64,000 nucleotides of DNA from Geosiphon pyriformis uo1 (lineage: Eukaryota; Fungi; Glomeromycota), in contig JAAOMT010000675.1 of the NCBI GenBank assembly GCA_016748015.1, positions 682,001-746,000 of the forward strand, in the 5' to 3' direction. This document shows, one piece after another, positions 25,598 to 39,208 of this stretch. Position numbers and translations under genes: made by a program. Each line of letters opens with the position of its first letter. The stretch's first letter is position 1. The notes under the pieces are model-generated. The model searched no databases, was not told the origin of the DNA, and was given only the letters and a program-made list of their open reading frames with translations.

Positions 25598-28500
25598 ATG
25601 TAAATTTTTAATTTGTCGCTATGTTATGTGTTTTGTAAATACCAAGTCCGCAAATACTTATTTTACTTTATCACCTTAATAGGTCTTCTCGTCTAATCGT
25701 AAAAAACCTCCCAAGTAATCTATCTGATAATAGGTTTCGTCAGCACTTTGCCGCCAAGGGAGAAGTGACTGACGCTAAAATAATGCGCACAACGTAAGTT
25801 CTGAGTTTTTTAAACGTTGGCAGCCAGAAATTTGGAATTTCTAGGTTATTTTAATTTGATTTCGAAGGCTAGGTCCAATTTTTGTGATCTTGCAAAGAAT
25901 CATTCACGACTGGGATTTTATATAATTCAATCGATTATATTTTGAAATTGGTGATCTGATATTGAAGCCGAATAATTTTTTACCAAATGTTCATTTTGGG
26001 TAATCACAATAATTAACTAGCGACGGCACCTCACGTCGTTTTGGTTTCATTGGATATCGCAATCAAAAAGAAGCCCAAGAAGCAATGGAATATTTCAATA
26101 ACACTTATGTTGATACTTACAAAATTTTGATCGAACTCGCAAAACCAGTAAGTAGAAATATGGGATTATTTTTTGACTTTTATTTTATTTCACCATACCA
26201 ATCATTTTCATTGTTCCCAATATTGAATTTTAAAATATCAAGGTGAATGATCCATCTCTTCCGCGACCTTGGAGTGCGCATAGTTTTGGCTCCGCGTTTT
26301 GTAAACAGCAAAATCAGGATAAAAATGAAGGCTATTCTAGTAATTTGAAGAAAGTATCGCAATTTAATTCAAATCTTCAAAAGCAAGAATATAACGATGC
26401 AAAAGATACAGCTTCAAATGAAAAACTAAAAGAATACTTGGAAGTGATGCAACCACGTACGAAATCCAAAACATGGGGAAACGATGATACTGGATATCTT
26501 ACAGAGGATCCTGCGGATATTGAGGGTAAAAAGGTTAATCGAGAAATAAAAAAGGGGAGTAAAGTAGGGATTAATAAACAAGAACAAATTGGTGTTTATG
26601 TCGAGGGTGAATTCGATGAAGATGAATTTTACGAAGATCTTCCTTCCCTTAAGAATAAAGGGCGGCAGACAGAAACTAAAGAAAAGAATTCTACATCGAA
26701 AAGCCAGAAAAAGAAAATAATTCAAGATAAAAGTAAATCTCAAAAAAGTCAAAATTTCATCACAAAATCTGATGACAGTTCAGAAAATGATATAGAATCA
26801 TTAGGCAAAAAAGTTTCTTCTATCTCGAATCTTGGTGGATCAAAGGTCCAAATCAAATATGAAAATAATTCCGACGACAATAATGAGCCGGATGTATGTA
26901 CATCTTGATGCCTCAAAAGCATTGACATTTTTCATTTGTATCTCGCTCATTTAAGTTGATTTGACTAACCAGACCACCCAAGATTATGAATCCTCTCATG
27001 AAAACGCTTCATCTAGTGATTATATTGAAGAGGAAGAGAACGATGAAGAAACTCAAACATTAGAAACAGTACAAGATTCAAAATATTCTCAGAATATATC
27101 AACTAACGAAAAGCCTTCAAAACCTCAAGCTAAGCAACATGAGGTTCCTCCTGAGGAAACTATTGCTGATACCGGGCGTCTTTTTGTTCGAAACCTACCT
27201 TATATTTGTACAGAAGATGATTTAAGACGCGTATTTAACCCATTTGGGCCTTTGGCGGAAGTAAGTTCTTTTTGCTCTTTAGCTCGGGATCTTTTTCTTT
27301 TTCAAGTCTGATTTGCCGCACCGTTAGGTTCATATGCCAATTGATCGCGAAACAAAAATCCCTAAAGGCTTTGCTTATATACTTTACCTGATCCCCGAAC
27401 ATGCTGTTAAAGCCTTTATTGAATTGGACAATCAATTTTTCATGGGTAGGTTATTGCATATTTTACCTGCTTGGGAAAAGTTGGATACCAACCGCAAAGT
27501 TGGACAATCCTCCTTGAGTTTGAAGGAAAAAAAGGAGATGAAACAGAAATCTGAAGCCTTTAATGACTTCAATTGGAATACATTATACATGAGTGTAAGA
27601 TTTCCATTTCAGAATGGATAGTGTTGAGCTCGAGTTTCTTTTCATTCTGAATTCTTTTCCACAAAAACTTTCTACAGACTGACGCTATAGCAGAATCAGT
27701 TGCCCATCGCTTTAATATTAAAAAATCTGATATTTTGGATCCTGAGTCAGATAATATGTCGACTCGTCTTGCTCTAGCTGAAACCCACATAATACAGGAG
27801 ACTAAATCATACCTTGAATCACAGGGATTAGTTTTAGCTGCTTTCTCCAGTAAAGAACGAAGTGATACCATTATATTGGTCAAAAATATTCTTTATAATA
27901 CGACCAAGGAAGAGCTAAACCAGCTCTTCGGATGGTACGGGGATATTGGTAGGGTATGTTCAAGATTTTGCTTGTACAGCTTTCAATAAAGCTAATTTTG
28001 TATCACCTCGTTTCTTCTTATTAATCGGGTCACCTTCTATTTTTAGCTGATATTACCTCCTTCCAAAACTATGGCTGTTGTTGAGTTCTTACATCCAACG
28101 GAAGCCAGAGTTGCTTTCGCAAGTTTAGCGTACAAACATTTCAAGGGCATACCTCTTTATCTTGAGAAAGCCCCAGCCGGGTTATTAATATCTCAATCAA
28201 ATGAGGAGAATTCCAATAATGATATTGCTACTACGACAAAATCACTTGCCTCCTCTGATTTCGTTGAACCTTCACTGGAAAAAGAAGATATGGATCTTGA
28301 TGCGGTCGAAACTGCGACATTATTCGTAAAGAACATAAGTTTCAATACAACGGAAGAAGAGCTTCACACTATATTCAAAAACACCCCTGGAATGAGATCT
28401 GTAAAAATAAAGATGAAGAAGGATCCCAAGAATCCAGGGGCAAAATTGAGCATGGGTTTTGGATTCATCGAGTACGATAACATGAAAAATGCAAAAAATG

Positions 28501-29182
28501 CATTAAAATCCATGCAGGTAGGAATACATTTTTTTCTGTTTATTGAGGCTTTATTTTAAATTGATTTCTCACTTTTATTACTTGATAACTTAATAGAATT
28601 ATGAACTAGATGGCCACGCTTTGCAGTTGAAATTTTCTAGTCACATCAATAACCCTATGGCAAAACGACTTCAGGAAAAGCAAGAGAGTAAAGGAAAAAA
28701 GGCTTCGACCAAAATCATCGTAAAAAACCTTGCTTTTGAATCAACCAAAAAAGACCTAAAAGAACTATTTGGGTATTAGTTTCATGCGAATTTCTTCCCA
28801 GTATTTTATTTCATATTTACCTCTTGTAATTTGGAAATCAATTTCTTTAATATACCTTGAATCAAATAGTGCCTTCGCACAAATCAAATCCCTTCGAGTT
28901 CCAAAGAAATTTGATGGGACATCGCGCGGATTCGCATTTATCGAATTCCTTACCAAACGTGATGCTCAGAATGTAATGGAGCATCTCAGCGCGACACATT
29001 TGCTAGGTCGACATCTGGTGCTAGAGTATGCAGAACAAGAACAAAATGATGTAGAGATGTTACGAGAAAAAGTTGTCCGAGATTTTGCGTTTCGTGAAGC
29101 TGGGAGTGACGGGCGAGCGGCAAAAAGAAAGAAAGTGGACTTAGAAGAGTGGACTGCACAAATGGGGTCAAATGAAGATTGA
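25598..29182 (+). CDS. MRD1: Multiple-RRM ribosome biogenesis protein Mrd1/RBM19, multi-exon
   Basis: Motifs [75 protein letters not shown]; five RRMs; GT-AG introns. Confidence 0.93.
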
Positions 29183-29681
29183 CCAGGGCTTGTTGGTCAA
29201 CAGGTTTTGATTATAATCGAGCATAGTTAAGGCAATGGGAGTCTAGTGAAAATTCTGTTGGTAATATTGAGATAGGTGGAGGGTTAATTTCAAGGTAGTT
29301 TTTGTTTGCCAGTTCCCCTCTAGAACAATAAGTGCCTGCAATTATTTCTATTTAAGTTGTACCAAAAAAACATTTTAATATCATTTTTAAACCGATTCAA
29401 AATATATTTTGAGACTCAATTCCAGCTTTCTATTTAATGTAATATCTGAAAAGTAATTTGGAAATGGCGTGTAGTAATTATTTGGGATCCGATACTATCA
29501 TTTTTTCAATGTCATGAGGTTTACATAAAAATTAATAAATATATACACAAAATTTCGGGGGGCTATAGGATTATATTTAATATATAAAAGATGGGAAATG
29601 CAATTAGCATAATCAAGCCAAGAACTTATTATGCGAGTCTTGATCTCGATTGTTTTCTTTAACATTTGGTTGATTAAATCT

Positions 29682-31586
29682 TTATTGTAGCTCGACATAA
29701 TTAGCAGGAAACTGAAAAAGGAAGGTGAATTAGCAATTATTCAAAACGGAAAATTCATTTAAATAAAAACTTCTTATTACAATTCCTTCTTTCCCGTTGC
29801 ATTTTCCGGTCCACCAGTCATTGACACTGTCAGATTTTTGTGTTATGATAACAATATCATCCTTTGAAAATCCGAGGTCCCCTGGTTGTTCCCCAACAAA
29901 ATCAAAAAGTGCTTTAGCAGTGATCTGTTTTGGTTGGCGTACCGGAGGCTTAGGCGCAATAGGAGGTTTATAACCACCAGTCTTATTTATTGCTGAAAAA
30001 GAACGCTGGACCGGTGTCGTAATTTTATCTTCATTTTTAAGATTAGAGTAAGGTGGAGGTTGACTGAATCGATATGAATTACTTGCAGTGTTTGGTGAAC
30101 GTGGACCATTAGTTCCTACAGGGATCACCGCATTTGTAAGGGTTGAAGAACGGGAGGCTTTTGCATTAAGAGCTCTGTAAAGAATGTCCGCTTCTGGTGG
30201 GGGCGCCACTTGGCCTGAAAGGAGTTCCTTAACACTAACTTTTCGATGATAAAATTTTGCGTTGGCATCTTTGCGCTCAATAACCACAGAGCCTTCGATT
30301 GAAACACCTAAACAAATTAAATAAAAAGTCTCAACATAAAATTTTCAAAATAAGGCATAATATTTATACATACGGTAAGGATATACAAGTTACCTGCAAA
30401 CAATCCTCTTGTTTTACTTGAGAATGTCCCAGGTTGAATTAAGATGGAATATTTGGAAATTCATCAAAGAATGAAATTTAGTTAAAACCCTACCTGTAAG
30501 AGAATATAGCTGCTACACTTCCCAAAGAGACTGAACCTGCGCCTTCAGCCGTTCGGCCAATTGGCCCAGCAGCAACTAAAAAGTGATAAGAATTTTTAAG
30601 GAAAGTGAAAAATTGGAAAGCAAAAAAAATACTCATTGAATTACCAGACAGGTTCCCGCCCAAAGTCACATTTCCACCATGCATAAATGATTTCACGGCA
30701 TCTCGACTATTTAATACAATTACAAAATCCGTGACTTCAGCTCCGATTTGACCACCAAAACCCTATTAAATTTATGATAATTACTAAAAAAGAACTTAAA
30801 TTTTACGAAATATTCAAAATAATTACCATGCCACCTGTACCAATTGCTGAGGGAGCGGACCATGCTAAAAATGATTGGTCAGAAGTATTTTAGAAAAAAA
30901 GTGGGAAAATGACATATTATCAATAAAAAAGATTCTTACACCCATCCTCAAGCCTATGCGTTCAAGAGATTGTAAAGCCAATTTTGATAATTTTTTTTTC
31001 GGTGTCAAGACTTGATCAGGCCTGAGAAAAAGTAATTGGAAATTTGACAACATTGATGGTTTCGTTTACCTTGCAACTACCAAGCCGAATCCTATTCGTC
31101 CAGAAAAAAGAAACCCTGCCTTTACTACAGTAAATATAGCAAATCCTTTGGCCTTCTGCAAAATATTCGAAGGAATGACTTTGTCGGGACCCTGATCGAA
31201 AAAAGAAACAAATGAAATCCCTAAATTGTTCTCGGTTAATAATTCAATTTCGGAATAAAAGGATAACATACTTTAGCCGCAATAGGGTCTATTTATTGTG
31301 GGAATTGAAGGAAAAATTTTAGATCAAAATGGGAGATTGGAAAGGGCTTTTTTCTAAAATGCCCTTTCATAATAAAAACTTTTCCAAAATGTCAAAATCA
31401 GGTAGCAAACTAAGTTGAAAGGCTCACCGATAAAGCCGTTCAGAATTTTAGAGGCTTTTCGGCACTCGCCTATTTTTTCATATCAGAAAAAAATGAGCTG
31501 AGCTTTTTGCGAAGAACTAATGAATAAAAATAATTATGAAATTTCTGTCTACCACCAAGATCTGTTGGTAAGGGGGAATTGACCAT
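29682..31586 (-). CDS. YSC84: SYLF/Ysc84 actin-binding domain plus SH3 protein (Ysc84/Lsb3/SH3YL1 family), multi-exon including a 17-nt micro-exon
   Basis: Motifs MVNSPLP, KAGFLFSGR.G.GLVVAR, WSAPSAIGTGG, AAGPIGR.AE, YSKTRGLFAG.S.EGSV; SH3 ALFDF...DWWTG...FPANYV. Confidence 0.9.
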
Positions 31587-33884
31587 TGCCTTCGAGTTCG
31601 ACTTTCAACACCTAAATTCAAAATGGGAAATTATAAAAAAAGGATTATAATAGGAAAATCAGGGAAAATTCTGTGTAGAACATTTAATTTTACTTCCATG
31701 ATCTCATTCCAAGAAATTTGAGTTACATCTAGTTAAATTGGATAAATACTCCTGAGTTCGTATAAGAATATAGGAAAGATTGACCGGAGAAAACTTTTGC
31801 TATCTAAACAGTTGCACCAAGCAAAAAGAGGATTTCGGGTCCTCTCTTGATTTCCAACCTACAAACCTCTCAGGGTCAACTTCTATTGGAACGGGGAAGT
31901 CTTCAAAGGTGTCGTTACCCGTCCACCATTTGCCTTCGACCTCCTCCAATGCATCTTCCTCCATTCTACAAAACTCGTAGTTCTCTTTGACGATGAAACC
32001 TACAACGAGCACGAACTTTCTCAAGACGTTCTTACCATCAATGATGTCTTCACCTGTAGAATGCAAGGATGGCGAGCATCTAATTACAGAAGAGAGGGCC
32101 AGAACAAGCAAAAAGCGCAAGACAGTCTCGCATATACCATGAAGGATTGTGCGTCTGCAGAGTGAGATTCACCGAAAGGTGAGTACCTGGTGTGGTAATA
32201 TAAAGAGCATCGCCGGGTCTGAGGTGTACAACTTCAGAATTGCGGGGCTGTAATGGACAGAGATGAAAATGGGCATTACCTGATCCTCTCCCGAGGGTCA
32301 TACAGGAGATATTAATCTACTTACCACTATTTTTGAAAGAAAACCAATTAATTCGGCGAGTATAGCTACTCTCTCACAATTTAAAAAGCGATTCAACTCT
32401 TCGACACTTTTTCAATTACAAAGCTAAAATAGCTCATTAAGAAAATTTTCCCATATTAGCAGCGACCGAAATCTAACTTAAAAGCCAATTGTATAATCAT
32501 GTCAGAGTCGTTGTATTTACTAGATTTTCAAACTCTTTTTTGGACATTCAAAATAAAACATGAAATGTTAATTTCTTTGTATTGTGGTATTAATTAGTGA
32601 TTATTAAACTTGTTTGGTATTTTTTAACGCATTATCATTGAAAGTTTTCCAGATTTTTACTGTGAGGCTGTTGTTTTAATATCTAATTTTTAAAATCAAT
32701 TAACAATTTATATATAAAAAACATTAAAATTCCAATAAATTATTGTTTTTAAGTCTAATATTATTTTAAATAATTTATAATTACATTTAGTATTGTAAAT
32801 AAAACGAACCATTCATAACTAATTAACATTTTGTTAAGATAATAGTATTAAATATTTGCATATCTTTAAAAATGTTTTACAGTTTGAAAACTGATTAAGC
32901 ATAAATATGATAATAATGTTAAATTAAATTGATTATATTACATAATATTTAAAAATATGTTTTTAATAAAATAAGTAATTTTAAAATTTTAAACTGGTTG
33001 TAATTAAGATAACATTATAATTGTTTTTAACTTTGAAAATTTTTTTATTGTTTTTAGTTATAATTTAATATGATATTAATTTAAATATTTAATTTAAATT
33101 ATTATATAATCAAACAATTAAATTCGAAAAATAATTATTAAATTAATTTTTATATACTTTTGATATAACAATAATTAATTTAAATGTAAGTACATATTAT
33201 TTTAAATTTATATTACATTATTGCTTAATAAAATATTTAATAATTTATAAATAATTATTATTTTTAATTATGTGATATTTGTATTAAATTATTTAATATT
33301 CCATTTTTAATGTTATTGATTTAAATTTGAGAAAACTATTTGGTATGAAATTATCAAAATTTATTCGATTTTTCTTAAACAATACGCTTTTATTAATGAT
33401 AAGCAAGGTTTCCCGGTCTAAATTGTTGATAATATTTTTACCTAATATATTGATTTCTTTTCTCCAATAACAATCAATCTATAGTAGATTTTTGAGCCAA
33501 ATCTAAACTTTTCAGTTTATTATAGATACTTTGATTTTGTTTTCCTTGCAGATTAAACAATGGAATATATCCGAAGAGATGTTTTAATGCAATTCTTAAT
33601 TGCCAACGCATTTTTCACACACATCCTTTCGGCTAGTGCAATGAAATATTTTTACTTGATATCAGATCTCCCAGTCGATGGCTCCATCTTCACATACTTA
33701 TTTATACAAATTTCCCAGTCACGAGGCAAAGTCCCTTTATCAAATACCCCACTCAACTTCAAGGAAAAAATACTATGCATTCGATGAAGATGCTATCGCA
33801 AAATAAAGAAACAATCGAAGGACAATTCTACATCATAGCCGAATAAATTACGCAATTTTTTTTTGTTATAGGTTTCATTTAATC

Positions 33885-35002
33885 CTACCGTATCGTCGCG
33901 AAAGGTTCAAATTCTGGAGTAGAAAATGGAATTTCATCGTCTGAGTCATCATCAGGGAATGCAGGTCTACGTGAGTTGAAAATATGAAGGTTAAACTCAA
34001 TCAATATGATTTCTCATCCAAATAAACATAAGGGCTTACAATTTTGGAGCAAACACTTTGACCTGTCGAATATGCGTATCCTTTCCATTTTGATGGTTTG
34101 ACTTTATCATGATTTGAAAGAGGTACGCGCCCACAGGTCTACTCCTTCGACTTGCAATAGATTTTAAGACAAAATCCCAATTGTTTTTAAACCGTTTCTC
34201 ATATGATTAGCAGCTCAATACATACATGACTTACCTCAATACTTGATCTCCACTAAGCTGAATATCTACCCAAGTCGAAGGTTCTGATAATTCAACTGTC
34301 CGTAAATCCTGATATGAAATTGCAAGGAATTTTATGAAAACCGGGAATTAAGCAGCGATAGTTGAATAAAATTAATACCTGAAGATCGCCAAAGGTTGTC
34401 CCCGCTTTTATAGTGATCTTGTTTGGGGTATAACTTTCATCATTTTTGAAATCAACGTACAAAGAAATTTGCTTGAATATTGTTTATAAAATTAAAAGGG
34501 ATTTTATTATGAACGACCAATAAAAATTATGGAATGAGTCGAATTAGCTTCTTTATCCCATCTCAAAAATCAAATCAATCGAGAAAACTCACGACAACAT
34601 AGACTTTTTGGGGGAATTGAACATTAATTAAGTGGGGTTGGGTACCATCTGATCTAAAAGGGGAAAATAACTAGTTACTCAAAGAGCATCAAAATCAAAA
34701 TATTAAGAATCTGGTCTTTATTGAGACCTACTGCCAATAGGTCAGGAAATTCTCATCTCGCAGGTTTTCTACCCCATTACCAGGTTTCCAGCTTGATAAC
34801 GACCATGTAGCTATTGAACCTATTTCCCTTAATTCTTTGATCCAAGAAAATTTTTATTAGACCACAGATATTTATCCAAACTAAAAAAACAAGTTGACTG
34901 AATGATCTTTTTGCCACCTTCATGTTTCCAAGCGCTTTTTATGTGTTTTTTTTCTCTTCTTGCAGCCAATTGTGGATCTTCGTCAGCAACTCCGTTGCTC
35001 AT
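33885..35002 (-). CDS. APC10: Anaphase-promoting complex subunit 10 (Doc1), multi-exon
   Basis: Motifs [54 protein letters not shown]; C-terminal IR tail. Confidence 0.95.
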
Positions 35003-35538
35003 GAGTACTGGAACCAACTTTGATATCGGTTTTCAAATACACTGTTATTCGAGATTGATTTTGTATTAAATAAATGACAATGATTTAAATTTATATGTTC
35101 TGATTAGATGATTTATAATTAATTCCTTAAACAGGTGGTGATTCTCAATAGGTCTAAACATACAATTATGGTGATAATGATGGAAGTTTCTAGTTTTTAG
35201 CTTTTTTTCATTTCAAAAAGCAAACATTAAAATTTGGTTAGTTTTTATTTATAAACACTTAGCATAAGAAAACTATTTTCTTGATAAGGTATTAACATAA
35301 ATATTATTTTTATGCATGTTTATGTTATAATACATATATTAAATATTTTATGTATAATTAAAAACATAATTTCAAAATTATTTAAAATTATTATGATGAT
35401 AAAATATGAAAAAAACAAATTCAATTAAATATTAACATATATATATTATTATGTATAAAAATATATTATGATTAAAAAAAGTTTATTGAATTAAAATAGT
35501 TTTTATATTGAAAATTATATTGTTTAACAATATTATTA

Positions 35539-35851
35539 GGGAATTGCTAAATCGACCCACCCTTTTTGCTAAATCGACTCACCCACAACACGTGATATTA
35601 AAATATATAGAATTTTAATATTTAGTTATTAGTAATTCTAATAAATATTAGTTTAATTAAAATAAAAAATAACTTTTTCTTATATAAAATTGAATATGGA
35701 TTATATATTTAATTTTTATTATGCCTTAAGTAATTTTTAGTTTTTTATAATTAAAAAACACTTCGTTAATTTGTTCCTATATATAGTTGAATACGAAACT
35801 ATGACGTAAAATAATATCACGTGTTGCGGGTGGGTCGATTTAGCAATTCCC
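35539..35851. mobile_element. MITE (313 bp) with 24-bp perfect TIRs and 8-bp TSD, Merlin-like
   Basis: GGGAATTGCTAAATCGACCCACCC and its reverse complement at the ends; inner inverted repeat CAACACGTGATATTA; TATTATTA on both flanks (35531-35538, 35852-35859). Confidence 0.85.
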
Positions 35852-36020
35852 TATTATTAATTTTCATGCAATAAAAAACGATTATATAAGTTATCACGGA
35901 ACTATCATGTGACTGGAGAATATCAAAGGTGATATTTCCACGCACTATTTTTAAAATTGAGTTTCCGTTCTCGACTTATAATTCTTCAAATTCGCGACTT
36001 TCAAGCTCACTAACGCAAAA

Positions 36021-37034
36021 ATGTTTAAAGTAGCCGCGCTTGTTTTTACATTTTTACTCCCCTTCTTGCTTCTTTATTTTTTACGTGCAGATCTTCAGGA
36101 AGAACAAAAGATAAAGAGTCGTTCGAAAATTAATGTTACGAATAATAAAAAGAAGAAGAAAAAGAAGGGAACTAATGGTGGCAACAAAAAATTGAACGAG
36201 CCTTCTGAACCTCTTAAAAAAGAGGAATTGAAAAATGATCTTAGTGAGGAAACTGGTTACTCAAACTTCATTGATTCCAACTCCTTGGGTTCAGAGCGTG
36301 ATCATAGTGATCAGGAAAAGCAACTGAGAGATTGGAAGGAGAACATACCTTTCACAGTTGTTCCAAGCCAAACTAAGAAATTGCAGAAAAATATGAAACA
36401 TCGGAAGGAACTATCAGGTCGGCCATGCAAATTTTATAAATTTTATTAGTTCAACACAGTGATTTCTATAAAACTAATTGGAAAATATATAATTTTTAAA
36501 TTTTATCTTAAGCTGATTTTCCCCCTCTTCCCAGTCCAACACGGTTATCACAGGAACTCTACGCAATAACGCAAAATCAAAGTAAAGAAACTATACCCGA
36601 AATAGATCCTCACATGGATCCTAGTTATTTCAATCAACATCGCGTAATGCGAATTGTCGCACAAGAGAAGGAACCCAAAAAATCCGGTAGATACCAATTA
36701 TTTTTGCTTGCTTTGTATTTTTCTTAAAACTAATTTATCCTCAACCTCACAAATAGCACATAGTGTTTCTTATGCCTCACCTCGTCCTTCTAATGAATCT
36801 CTGTCAAAAACGCAAAAAAAAAATATGGTGCGTGCCGCTAAAAAAAAAGAAGAAGCAAAGCTCAAACAGGAGATACAGGCAACTCGATTGCAACAGCACA
36901 AACGTGAATTAGAAAATGAAAGAATTAAACAATTTTATCAGCAAGGTAGTTCAAAACCAACATCCAGTGGTTGGAAATTTTCGAATAACGGTATTGCTAG
37001 TTTAGATGAAGCTGGACATTTGGTTTGGGATTGA
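36021..37034 (+). CDS. Hypothetical protein with N-terminal transmembrane anchor, Lys-rich segment and C-terminal coiled coil; ~3 exons
   Basis: Hydrophobic N-terminus; GT-AG introns at ~36418-36512 and ~36687-36756; charged helical C-terminal region SKTQKKN...LQQHKRELE. Confidence 0.7.
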
Positions 37035-37387
37035 AACTGCTAAAGAAAACCCTTGAACCAATAATTGACAATAGGATATTTGAGAGTTGGCTAATATTTT
37101 TTCAGTTGACGTTTGCTCAATTTTTCCCGCGTTAATGTGGGGTCGATTAATCACCCTCTAATATTAATATTAAGATTAAGGCTATAGATTTTATTTCAAA
37201 CAATTGTTCTCATTATAGATAATCTGTTTCTTAGTAAGATTCAAACGTTTTAATTGGCTAGTTTCTTCGGATGGTCACAGAAACAATATTAAAGCATTTC
37301 GAATTTCAACCGTTTTTTGCCTCTTGGTTTAATCCCTAACAGTTTACTGTGTTATACAACGCCAATCAACCTTTTAATACTCAAAAC

Positions 37388-38775
37388 ATGAATGTGCAAT
37401 TTTTATCCCCACGCTTCAGCCATCGAAAGGATGTTGACGTTGAGATGCTAGACGGAAATTCGGATGAAGAACAAGAGTTAGTTACTCCAAATCTTTCTCA
37501 AAGCATGACCTTAGTTACTCCAGGGCAATTAATCACCAGTGACACCCAGTTCATGAGGTTGGTTCCCGGGTATTTTTCCTTGTAGCCACTCTCCTGAAAG
37601 TGACAAGCCTCGTTTTTATACCTTAGAGGTCATGGAACATATATTGCGCCTCCTGAGCGCATGACATCATCAGTAGCAGGGGCTGTTGAGCGCGTTAATA
37701 AATTGATTTCCGTGAGACCCTTGCATACACGGTAGGGGACTGCCGGGAGTATCTAAGCCATGGACATTCTAACCAATTCTACCACTAATGCATATCTCTG
37801 CATTGAATTAACTTTAAGATATACTGGAGAGATAGGTGATTTAGTAATAGGACGAATTACCGAGGTAAATTAAGAATACTGAGGATTTTCTATGAATATT
37901 AAACTAAATAATCATTAGGTATCGCAAAGACGTTGGAAGGTAGATGTGAATTCAAGGCAAGATGGTGTGCTACAATTATCCTCCATCAATCTTCCCGGCG
38001 GAGTTCAACGGCGTAAAACCGAAGAAGATGAACTTCAAATTAGGAAATTTTTTGCTGAGGGTGACCTATTGGTGGTAAAATTCAAGCAGTCAACATGTGA
38101 CCTAATTCATAATTTGAGGGTAATGGTTTAAAATTATTTAAAGGCCGAAGTTCACGCCTTTTTCCAAGATGGTGCAACAAATCTGCATACAAGAAACTCA
38201 AAGTATGGGAAGGTAATGCAAGATTGTTTTACTCTAACTTTTCATTAGATATTACATGGTTAAACCGGATTATACCCTTCTACATCGTGTAGCTGCGCAA
38301 TGGGTCATTCATCAGTGTACCTCCACCTCTAGTTCAACGTTGTAAAACTCATTTCCATACCTTATCATGTGGTATAGATGTCACGTTAGGGCTTAACGGC
38401 TACATCTGGGTGAGCAAACATATAACACAGTCAGGAGAAGAAATTGATCCAGATGCAATATATTCTAATCAAAATGAGGTTTGTCTTGAAAAATATCACG
38501 TTTCAACAACTTTTTATAACATTTTTAACTGTTACTCTATAAATGCGGACGGACAGTTGATTGATGACTCGACTCGTGAAAAAATTGCTCGTGTTTGCAA
38601 TTCTATTCATGCCTTGAGCCAACAATTTATGTACATTAATGATACTATCATCAGCTATGCGTATGAGGCCTCCTTGGAATATCACGTGAGAGACCTTAGA
38701 AAACCAGATATAATAGATGCGATTTGCATGGAAGTGAGTGCAAAGATTTCTCTTGGAAAAGCAGGGGTCCTGTAG
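37388..38775 (+). CDS. RRP4: Exosome complex RNA-binding subunit Rrp4/EXOSC2, 7 exons
   Basis: Motifs [69 protein letters not shown]. Confidence 0.96.
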
Positions 38776-39208
38776 TAGCTCTCCAAGAAGCTGAAAGAAT
38801 TTAGGGAAAAATACTTGAGTAATATTATGCTAGAAAAACGTCGATCTTCAGGAAGCTTCGATTTTCTAGCCATCAATTGCTTATAATTGGGGACATAATA
38901 GTGTCCATGAAGACTTAAAGAGATCTGTTTCATTGAACATCTAATCAGACTTGAGCCGCCTTGAGTTAGGAACAATACCAAAGGTTCGGCTTCTCCCAAA
39001 CTTTTACATCTCTGTGAGTGGAGTTTTTGCCTTGTCCTTCAATAGGACAGGATACTATGTAGGATTTTCCGAACTGTGAAGATAGTTCGAATAATTAAAT
39101 TGAATATGTAAATTATGCTAACGAGTGAATTCGGGAATATTACCAAACTATCTTATCGCGAATTTTGTCTATATCACTTGCTTGTCGAGGCCTTCAAATG
39201 GATCAAGG

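Noticed and set aside
25794-26020. snoRNA in the long second intron of MRD1
   Set aside because: No convincing C box paired with a D box, and no H/ACA layout.
33560-33787. 75-aa plus-strand ORF downstream of APC10
   Set aside because: No recognisable motif; lies in the probable APC10 3' region.
38682-38999. Minus-strand ORF overlapping the RRP4 end
   Set aside because: Antisense shadow ORF without an ATG start or motifs.
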